DNA of 64,000 nt, from positions 832,001 to 896,000 of the forward strand of contig CAWCKY010000001.1 in the NCBI GenBank assembly GCA_963796275.1, written 5' to 3'. Below the pieces are notes generated by a model, which ran no database searches, had not been told where the DNA came from, and saw nothing but the letters and a program-made list of their open reading frames with translations. A program made the position numbers and the translations under genes. Shown here piece by piece: positions 44,284 through 52,599 of this stretch; positions within the stretch are counted from its first letter, which is position 1; each line of letters begins with the position of its first letter. Source of the stretch: an uncultured Acidobacteriota bacterium. Lineage in GTDB: Bacteria > Acidobacteriota > Blastocatellia > RBC074.

Positions 44284-45402
44284 TTATTTGATCATATCCT
44301 TCTCCTGCGGTTCGCTCTCGGCGCGATACCCCTTGCGCGCGCGCACGGCCACATTCGACTGGTCGACGATTACTTTTATGCGGCGGTAACTGCCGTCGCG
44401 CTTATCGTTCGAAGGATAATAGCTGATCGTATACTGATGGCGCAGTTCATCTGCGATTAACTGGAAAGCCTGTTTGACATCGGTCAGCAGATCGGCTTTG
44501 TACAGCCGCGCGCCGCTGCGATCGACGACCTCACGCATGTAGCGGTCCGCCCGCTTGTAATCCTCCTCACTGGCGCCGGTCGTCGGGATCTGGATGGTGA
44601 CCGGCCTGGATCCGCCCCGAGCCGTCCCAACGCTGCCTCTTCGGACGTCATCCTTTGTATCGTATTGGATTCCATATAAAAGGGCGCCCGATTCTTCGAC
44701 TAGATCGATGGTGCTGGCTCCCGTCGCCAGCCGGCTTCCGGTGTCGACTCCGTCCGTGAACAATACGATAGCCTTGCGGCCTGTGACCTTGGCCAGCCTT
44801 TCAGTCAGAACCAGATCGATCGAATCGTATAGGCGCGTCGCCCCACCGGTTCGTGTTTGCAAGATCGCTTTGCGCAATTTTTTGCGGTCGCTGGTGAACT
44901 CCGAGTCGATATAGACCTGGCTGTCGAATGAAACTATCATCACCCGGTCCTGGTCACGCAGCTGATCGATGAAACTCAGAGCGGCTTCCTGAATATCTTC
45001 GAGTTTGAACCGTGTGCTTCCCGAGGTGTCGAGGATAAGCACGACGTTGAAGGGCACTTCGATCGATTTGAAATTATCGATATTCTGTTTGACGTTCTCT
45101 TCGTATAAAGTGAAGCTTCTTTCGTTGAGATTGGGGATGAATTTGCCGTCACGATCGGTGACTATGACCGGAACGCTGACCAGCGCGGTATTTAATTTTA
45201 CCGTCATGTCCTCCGGGGTCTTCTCTTTGCTGTTTGTTTCCGGACCACCACCCGGATTCTTGAGCACCGGCCGGCTCGGATCACTTTGAGAGTTGACTGG
45301 CTTGACCCCATCCTGGCCCGATTGAGCGAGGATCGCGGGGTTAATAAACGCCGCCATCAACGCAATAAAAAATGTAAGAGAAATCTTCGCATTGGCGCAC
45401 AT
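44284..45402 (-). CDS. Acidobacterial VWA-domain secreted protein
   Basis: Signal peptide, VSVPV.V.D..G, MIDAS DTSGS, T.LYD, RKAIVLFTDGVD, LRHQY..YYP and RARKGY. Confidence 0.9.
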   Translation of the reverse strand: MCANAKISLTFFIALMAAFINPAILAQSGQDGVKPVNSQSDPSRPVLKNPGGGPETNSKEKTPEDMTVKLNTALVSVPVIVTDRDGKFIPNLNERSFTLYEENVKQNIDNFKSIEVPFNVVLILDTSGSTRFKLEDIQEAALSFIDQLRDQDRVMIVSFDSQVYIDSEFTSDRKKLRKAILQTRTGGATRLYDSIDLVLTERLAKVTGRKAIVLFTDGVDTGSRLATGASTIDLVEESGALLYGIQYDTKDDVRRGSVGTARGGSRPVTIQIPTTGASEEDYKRADRYMREVVDRSGARLYKADLLTDVKQAFQLIADELRHQYTISYYPSNDKRDGSYRRIKVIVDQSNVAVRARKGYRAESEPQEKDMIK

Positions 45403-45439
45403 GGCCTCCTCCTAATGCTTCTGTTGTTGGGAAGGTGGG

Positions 45440-46165
45440 TTACTTCTTCAGCGCCTCTTTGTGAAATCTTTTTACCAGTTTCTCGGCAGAAGCCTCTTCA
45501 AAAGTCGCATCATAATTAACTTCGCCAACCTCCTCGCCTCGCCAGGGTGCAGTATCGAGCTTTCTTAACATTTTACTCGGGCGATCTCGATATGTTGCTG
45601 CTGTGATTGCAACCGCCTTCAATCGCGCCAGTGCGTTGGGTCCATTATCATCGTTTGCTGGCGTAATCGCTCCGTCGGATGACTTCGAACCGAAGCTGAA
45701 GATGTAATCTCCTTGAACGAGGAAGACTATGTCAGCTTGCTCGGCGGCATCGACTAGTTTTAACTTTTTTTGCTTCCTGAATTGTTCCACGATCTTCTCC
45801 AGAAGCTCCTCGTCCGAACCTCCACCGGGTAATATGAAAGGCGCAGGACGATCCAATATCACCCGTTCCATCCTTGTATTTCCGAGCGTCAATCTTCCCG
45901 AGATAGCATCCGCCTGCGTTGCGATCTGATTTCGGCTCTTCTTCGATGAGTGCCGGTGAAGTTGATCCATCAGGTCGCGGTCATAATAGCCTCTCTTCTT
46001 CCAGGCGAGGATGAAGACCGATTGATCGCTCCTGAAAATATCGGGTTTCTCTTGTGCGTTTGCTACTTGCCCCAAATAACCGCTGAGCTTTCGGTGGCTC
46101 GTCTGCCCTGTGATTACAAGGATAAAAAGCAAGGAGAGAAGTTGTATCTGCGCCGGGTTCTTCAT
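45440..46165 (-). CDS. Hypothetical exported protein
   Basis: 241-aa ORF co-oriented between two VWA genes, with an N-terminal hydrophobic stretch. Confidence 0.65.
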   Translation of the reverse strand: MKNPAQIQLLSLLFILVITGQTSHRKLSGYLGQVANAQEKPDIFRSDQSVFILAWKKRGYYDRDLMDQLHRHSSKKSRNQIATQADAISGRLTLGNTRMERVILDRPAPFILPGGGSDEELLEKIVEQFRKQKKLKLVDAAEQADIVFLVQGDYIFSFGSKSSDGAITPANDDNGPNALARLKAVAITAATYRDRPSKMLRKLDTAPWRGEEVGEVNYDATFEEASAEKLVKRFHKEALKK

Positions 46166-46488
46166 CTAGAAAATCACGGAAAGTTGTGTAAATTAAAGTC
46201 CTACAGAGTCGGTAAATCTCACAAACTCAGCTCCTGGAGCGCGCAATGTCTCTAGCTCATTCTTCTAGCGTCAAATCTGGAAGCAAATCCGGTTCAAGCA
46301 ACTCAGCTCGGTTATCGGCAAAATCCCTATACTCAATAAGAGTTGACTTAGAGACCTTCGCCGATCTGCCAATAAATATCCGCTTACAGAAACCAACCGG
46401 AGCTTATTACTTTAATCGGCAGGTTTCAAATAATCCCGGCCCTTCTGCGCATCGAGCGGTTCACGTTCACCGGGCGCAATAGTTCAAA

Positions 46489-47871
46489 TCAATTGTTCCC
46501 CGCTACTTGTTTACGCTTATAACCGGGCTTTTTGCGGTTCTCTTTCTGATTATCTTTCTGGCCATCGTTTATCGCCTGCGCCTGCACCGCCGGAACAGCG
46601 CGATAGCCATCGCGCGCGCGCACGATGGCGCCTTTCTTACTAACTTTCACCTTTATCTGGCGGTAAGAGCCGTCGCGTACGCCGTTCGATGGGTAATAAC
46701 TGATCGCATATTGATTCCGCAGGTCTTCGGCGATCGCGGAAAATGCATCGGATAGGTTCTGGAGGTTATCCGCATCATAAATCTGTCCACCGCTGTTGGT
46801 GGCGAGGTCTTTCAAGTAACGTTCGGCGAAGCGGTAATCATCGGCGCCCTCAGCCGAGCCGGGTGTTGGTATCGGCCCCTGCCTGGGCCACTGACCGGGG
46901 AAACCGTAGTTTATCAGTTGACTACTGAACGGGATCGGTAAGCGAGGGTCGCTACCGCCGGTGGGAGGAGTTCGCGGGTCGCGCGGATTGCGCGGATTCG
47001 GTGTGCGCGGTTTGCCTGGGACAGGAAAGGGAAGACCTCCGGGACCGCTCAGGACGCCTCCCTGAGCATTGTCGGCTTCGGTATCGTAGCGAACCGGATA
47101 AATAAGCGCGTCCGATTCCTGGACTAGTTTGAGCGTGCTGCGCGCCGAAGACCTTCTGCTAGCTGTATCGACTCCATCGGTGAAGAGGACGATCGCCTTT
47201 CGGCCCTGCACCTGGGGGAGAAACTCCGAGAGGCCCAGATCGACCGCCTCATAGAGCTTGGTGCTGCCGCCGGTGCGCGTCTCGTATATAGCGCGGCGTA
47301 ATTGCTCACGGTCGCTGGTGAATTCGGACCATTGATATACGCTGTTATCGAAGGAGACGATCATCACCTTGTCTTCCGGCCGCAATTGTTTGATGAATGC
47401 AAACGCGGCCGCCTGTATATCCTCGAGCTTGAAGCGCGTGCTGCCCGATGTGTCGAGCGTTAAGACCACATTAAAAGGTACTTCGATCGATGCGAAGCTC
47501 GCGATGTCTTGTTTGACACCATCTTCAAAGATGGTGAAGTTACGCTTTTTTAAATCGGAGAAAAACTTCCCCTCACTGTTAATCACGCTTACCGGGATGG
47601 TGACGAGCGATGTTTCGAGCTTGATCGTTCCGTCATCTGTGACAGTGGTGGGCGTATTGTCAGCGAGAGGTTTGTTTGACGGCTTCTCTTCTTCCTCCTC
47701 CTCCGGCTCATTCTTTGATGTATCCTTGAGCGTCTTTTCTTTGTCTTGTTTTGTCGACTGCGACGGCGATTTCCCTTGCCGCTTGCGACCCGATTGTGCG
47801 GAAACAGGCAGGCTCACCCCTGCGATCAGCAGGATGATAATTAAATAGCGAGCAACCCAATAATGCTTCAT
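46489..47871 (-). CDS. Acidobacterial VWA-domain secreted protein with Pro/Gly-rich insert
   Basis: DTSGS MIDAS, RKAIVLFTDGVD, LRNQY..YYP and RARDGY. Paralog of 44284-45402. Confidence 0.9.
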   Translation of the reverse strand: MKHYWVARYLIIILLIAGVSLPVSAQSGRKRQGKSPSQSTKQDKEKTLKDTSKNEPEEEEEEKPSNKPLADNTPTTVTDDGTIKLETSLVTIPVSVINSEGKFFSDLKKRNFTIFEDGVKQDIASFASIEVPFNVVLTLDTSGSTRFKLEDIQAAAFAFIKQLRPEDKVMIVSFDNSVYQWSEFTSDREQLRRAIYETRTGGSTKLYEAVDLGLSEFLPQVQGRKAIVLFTDGVDTASRRSSARSTLKLVQESDALIYPVRYDTEADNAQGGVLSGPGGLPFPVPGKPRTPNPRNPRDPRTPPTGGSDPRLPIPFSSQLINYGFPGQWPRQGPIPTPGSAEGADDYRFAERYLKDLATNSGGQIYDADNLQNLSDAFSAIAEDLRNQYAISYYPSNGVRDGSYRQIKVKVSKKGAIVRARDGYRAVPAVQAQAINDGQKDNQKENRKKPGYKRKQVAGNN

Positions 47872-48280
47872 TTGTGTCTCCTTTTCGTGGGTCGAGCATT
47901 ACGCGAGCACCAGCAAAGCGGAAGCAGAGAGCTACGGGCTCAATTTAGCTCAACTCGGTTAGTAGTTTTGAGAATGATTATCAGGGGCGGTTGGGGACCG
48001 CGCGGGCATTATATCTCAAATTATCTCCGAAACAACCAGATAAAGTTGTTAAGATCAGGATAAATGTAAACATACATTAATCGGCCCCGCATTCGGTTTT
48101 GTCTTTGCTTTCTATATTTTTGAGTGAAGACTTACAAATTAGAGTGACCAGTAAAATTCTCTAATCTTGCATTTCAAGCGTAAGTTTTAGTTTCAGTACC
48201 CCCATTCCCGTTGATTTCGCATGTGCCCGCCCGTATGCCCGACTGCCCAGATTGCCCCGACTGTGGTCGGGTAGTACCGA

Positions 48281-49330
48281 TTATCTTGGCTGTCTCGGAG
48301 GTCCCGGTTGGCCTGGTTGCCGATGTTCCGATTGCCCCGGCTGTCCTGGTTGTCCTGGTTGTCCTGTGCTCGACACGTATTTATTTCGCATCCAGGCCTG
48401 TTGATTTTTCAGGACAGATGGGAGCAGGCCGGTCCATGCTTTAGGGAGGACTTCTTGGACCGAAAGGTTTGCGCCGAGGATCAAGATAAAGGCGGTAACG
48501 AATACCCATGTAACGAGCGCCATCAAGGTCGCGAGCAGGCCATAGCTCTCCTCGAATTTAAATAACGGCAGAGACAGCCGGAAAATAAGAGTGGCAGCTA
48601 CCCACAGCACCGCCATCGCTACCGAAGTAAATAAGACCTGATTGGGCTGGACCTTTCCGTTGGGCACGAACTGATAGACCACGAAGAAGAGAAGCACGAT
48701 GAATGGCAGCGATATCAGGGGCCCGATGATCTTGAATACCGTTTGGCGTAAATCGGGAGGGACGGAAATAACCTCGAGCATAAAATCGTAAACGCTGCCC
48801 AGCACGATCGGGATCAATATAACTACGCTGCACCCGATAACTAGAACCAGGTAAACGAGATATTGCTTGACGATCCCCCGTTCTTTGAAACCCCACGCGC
48901 GATTGAGCGCGCTCTCGATCGGCTGAAATATCCCAGAACTCGAGAATACCATCAACCCGAAGGAGATCAGTGTCACTTTGCCGCCCGGTCCTTCGGTTAC
49001 GCGCGATAGACTATCGAAGAGCATCTTTGATTCTTTCGGAACGATAGACCGCAATATCAGATAAAACGTTTCGTAGCCGCGCCGCCATTGCAGAACATTG
49101 ACCAGAAAGCTTCCAACCAACACCACAAATGAGAAGAACGAGAGAAGGATGTTGAAGGCGATGGCCGATGCATTTACATATGTTTCAGTAGTCGTCAGGT
49201 CATAGATCGACGGCCACATCTTTCGGAAAAATGCCCAGCTTCCGCGCACGTAAAATGTCAATCCTCGTGTCGGTGAGGATGTAATATGAGCCGTTTCAGG
49301 AGGAGTATTTATTCTGGTAGTTTCTGCCAT
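48281..49330 (-). CDS. YihY/BrkB-family membrane protein with GQP-repeat tail
   Basis: ASAIAF..LLS, ALNRAW, Y.FVPN, SYG and LILGA. Tail GQPGQPGQPGQ. Confidence 0.85.
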   Translation of the reverse strand: MAETTRINTPPETAHITSSPTRGLTFYVRGSWAFFRKMWPSIYDLTTTETYVNASAIAFNILLSFFSFVVLVGSFLVNVLQWRRGYETFYLILRSIVPKESKMLFDSLSRVTEGPGGKVTLISFGLMVFSSSGIFQPIESALNRAWGFKERGIVKQYLVYLVLVIGCSVVILIPIVLGSVYDFMLEVISVPPDLRQTVFKIIGPLISLPFIVLLFFVVYQFVPNGKVQPNQVLFTSVAMAVLWVAATLIFRLSLPLFKFEESYGLLATLMALVTWVFVTAFILILGANLSVQEVLPKAWTGLLPSVLKNQQAWMRNKYVSSTGQPGQPGQPGQSEHRQPGQPGPPRQPR

Positions 49331-49556
49331 AAAAATTGGTCAACTCATGGTCAATAGGCCATTACCATCGTGGTGGCTATGGTCGGAATACTAATGCAAA
49401 AAAAAATCGACAATCTGCAAGGGACAGATGCCAGTTCGTATCTTCGTACCTTCGTAGTACCTTCGTATCATTGAGTTTTCCAGATTTTTGCACATGACCC
49501 GTATATTTACCACTTCTCTCTGCCCAAACTTGAGGACATTCGCTAAACTGCGAGGG

Positions 49557-51710
49557 ATGAGTCTTCTCGAAGCCAGAACACCGAACATTTCTACGGAAGA
49601 AGGCCGGTCCCAACGCGTGAAGAGGCGGCGATGGCTGAATATCGCTCTCTTATTTTCCCTGCCGCTGGTGGGGGGATTGAACTTGCTCTTCTGGTGGTGG
49701 ACTCGTCCGCCCAAGCCATTAGCTACGGTCGTGACTCTGGCTATCGCCGGCGACTCAAAGACTCCGATCAGAACAAACCATGAACCGTACGGTGTCGCTG
49801 CTGATGAAGACGGCAATATTTTCTTCAGCGATAGCGTTACCGGGCGGATTTATCTCATCCCTGCTGCTGACTATTCGGCGCAATCGATATCAGAAAACAA
49901 GACGATAATCGCCGAAGGCTTCGATACGCCGTCCGCCATCGCGTTAGATGGAGACGGAAATTTAATCGTCGCGAACACGGGTGCGCACACGATTGCGCGG
50001 ATCGATTTTAAAACCAATAAATGGAGTGTTATAGCAGGCAGAGATGGCGAAAGCGGATTGGCCGACGGTCAGGGGGGTGCAGCGAGATTCAACGGACCGG
50101 TGGGGCTGGCCGTCTCCGATGACGGAACGATATTCGTCGCTGATACATATAACGACAGGATAAGAGCCATATCGCGCGATGGAGAGGTGCGGACGTTGGC
50201 TGGAGGCGGCGACCCGGGGTTGAGGGACGGCGCCGGCGCAGAAGCGCGCTTCGATACACCTTGCGGAATAGCAATCGCCCAGGATGGAACGCTGCTGGTC
50301 GCCGATACCGGTAACAATCGAATACGGCGCGTCGCACCGGATGGCGACGTCACGACGTACGCGGGAGCGGGCGAGGCATCCGATGGGGCACCGTTCGTCT
50401 CCGGATTCTACCGACCTGCGGCGATCGCGGTCCTCGATGAGGATGCATTCTATGTTGCCGATGCGTTGACCGTCCGACTCTGCACTTTCGGAGAACGGCA
50501 ATCGATCAAGCCGCTCACCGGCGGCGAACCATTTGGAATGTTTGACGACGATCTTGCGAGAGCGCGGCTCAACCGGCCGTCCGGGCTCACATTGTTGCCT
50601 GGCGGTCAGCTGGTTTTTACCGACAGCGGCAATGGGCTGGTGCGGGCGATCGTTCCCGCAGACGCGAAGATCGGAGGCCGCGCCGATGCGAGGTCGATAA
50701 TTCTCCCTCCGAATAAGCTGCTGGCGCGTCTCGAACCGCGATGGCCTTACGATCCGCCCCAAGCGCGTCGGGATATCGCCGGCACATTCGGTGAAATCAG
50801 GGGCGAGTTGCTTTCCGATCAAACAGCATGGTTTCACACCGGAATCGATGTTCCCGGCGCTTACGGCGAGACGGTCCGCGCGGTCATCACCGAAAAGGTG
50901 CTGCTCCCGCTTGCCGTCGAAGACCCCGGAGACGGGCGCGAGCGGCTGCGGCTTCCCTTGTTCGAGTATATCCATCTGCGGATCGGGCGCGATCAGAATG
51001 AGCAGCCGATCGGGAATTTCGCGGGTGGGGCCATCACCTTTCGCCGCGACGAGGTAAACGGCATCATCGGCGTCCGCGTGCGGCGGGGGACGCGTATCAA
51101 TGCGGGCGATCAGATCGGCACGCTCAATTCCCTGAACCACGTCCATCTGGTGGCCGGTCCCCCTGCATCCGAAGTCAACGCGCTCTCAGTGCTCCGGCTC
51201 CCAGGATTGACTGATACCGTGCCGCCGGTCATCGAGGGAGTGGCAATTTTGAACGAACTGAACGAACCCGCATACGTGACCGGCAAGATCGCGGAGGTGA
51301 GCGGCAAACTGCGCATCGCGGCGCAAGTTTATGATCGGATAGACGGCAATCCCAAATATCGCAGACTCGGCGTCTACCGGCTCGGTTATCAGGTTCTGAA
51401 GACCAACGGCTCCCCAGCGCCCGGTTTCAATGAGCCCCGTTACAACATCGTCTTCGATCGCCTGCCGGCCGCTCCCAACGCCGTCTTACTGGCCTTCGCT
51501 GACGGCAGCCAATCGGGTTACAGCGGCGCGACCGTATTCAATTATCTCGTGACAAATGTCGTGCGCGGCGGTGATGCGCGCGCAGATTTTTGGAATGCAT
51601 CAGAGCTTGAACCCGGAGAATACAAGTTGAGAGTGATCGCGGAAGATCACTTCGGCAATCAGGCGCAGCGTGACGTCTCAGTAAGAGTCACCGCGCGGGC
51701 GGCCAAATAG
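49557..51710 (+). CDS. Membrane-anchored NHL beta-propeller + M23-like peptidase protein
   Basis: One TM helix, NHL repeats (F..P.GLAV..G..FVADT.N.RIR), then FHTGID and NHVHL metal motifs. Confidence 0.8.
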   Translation: MSLLEARTPNISTEEGRSQRVKRRRWLNIALLFSLPLVGGLNLLFWWWTRPPKPLATVVTLAIAGDSKTPIRTNHEPYGVAADEDGNIFFSDSVTGRIYLIPAADYSAQSISENKTIIAEGFDTPSAIALDGDGNLIVANTGAHTIARIDFKTNKWSVIAGRDGESGLADGQGGAARFNGPVGLAVSDDGTIFVADTYNDRIRAISRDGEVRTLAGGGDPGLRDGAGAEARFDTPCGIAIAQDGTLLVADTGNNRIRRVAPDGDVTTYAGAGEASDGAPFVSGFYRPAAIAVLDEDAFYVADALTVRLCTFGERQSIKPLTGGEPFGMFDDDLARARLNRPSGLTLLPGGQLVFTDSGNGLVRAIVPADAKIGGRADARSIILPPNKLLARLEPRWPYDPPQARRDIAGTFGEIRGELLSDQTAWFHTGIDVPGAYGETVRAVITEKVLLPLAVEDPGDGRERLRLPLFEYIHLRIGRDQNEQPIGNFAGGAITFRRDEVNGIIGVRVRRGTRINAGDQIGTLNSLNHVHLVAGPPASEVNALSVLRLPGLTDTVPPVIEGVAILNELNEPAYVTGKIAEVSGKLRIAAQVYDRIDGNPKYRRLGVYRLGYQVLKTNGSPAPGFNEPRYNIVFDRLPAAPNAVLLAFADGSQSGYSGATVFNYLVTNVVRGGDARADFWNASELEPGEYKLRVIAEDHFGNQAQRDVSVRVTARAAK

Positions 51711-52345
51711 GTGAGCGTGCGTCCCCGGTTGCCGGCTAATCGCCGCGCCCATGACGTGGGGATTTGGGTCAATTTCGCAGGTGAAATTACGCCGTATTCA
51801 ATGATTTCGAAACCAGCTTTGCGGTAGCGCGGGGTCAATCTCTCCTGTAGATATGCAGGTGTGAGAGACTCAAGTCCGAGGCGCAATAACTCGGATTTAT
51901 CCCGGTCGTGATCGAGACCGATAACAATCTCGAGTTGGCCGCCTCTCATGCAGATGCGCCGCAGATTTCGAAGTACGTCTTTATCACCGACCGCTACAGC
52001 ACGCAGCAAACTGCCCCAGGGGAAATTAATGTGAACAGCGCCGGCCACGTCGTCTAATTCCGCTGGCAATGTCTCGACGGCAGATTGTATGAAGAGTGCA
52101 TTTGGCAGGCCGCCCTTCGCAGTCTTCCGGTAAATCTTTCGGGATATCTTCTCCAGCGCGCCGGCTTGTGCGTCTATTCCAATGTAGTATCGATCGGGAT
52201 GCTGTCGGGCGGATTGGTAAACAAATTGGCCGTCCCCTGTCCCTATATCCATGGATACAGCCCCGCCCTTATATGGTGCGATCAACTCATGAAATGTTGG
52301 TCAATCGAATTAGTGGATAGTTTTGCCGCGAATTACATTGAGCAT
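51659..52345 (-). pseudogene. 16S rRNA m1A1408 methyltransferase (NpmA/KamB family) with two in-frame stops near the N-terminus
   Basis: From ATG 52345 (AAGGA SD): MLNVIRGKTIH*FD*PTFHELI..MDIGTGDG..IGID..KGGLPN..NFPWGSLL..SWARRL. Confidence 0.8.
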
Positions 52346-52599
52346 AAGATTTCCTTGCTAGCCCGAGTATAAACGGTGCTGCTGTGAGCCGCAATCGCAC
52401 AAGTTTGTAGGATGCCTCAGGGAGACGCAGCCGGTGAATCTATACCGCGAGCTGTGGCGAGCGGTATTCTCGGGGGGAATCATTTGCGCGAGCCGCGCCG
52501 ACGCCGCTCGCATTACCGATTCGTCAGCAGTGTCTCGGTCCCCGCCCCAAGGGCTACGCAACCTATAATACTCGCGGCTAATTCTGGCAGAAGGTTGAG

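Noticed and set aside
52301-52312. Sec recoding of the TGA in the methyltransferase
   Set aside because: A TAA three codons earlier would still terminate translation, and the position is not a redox site.
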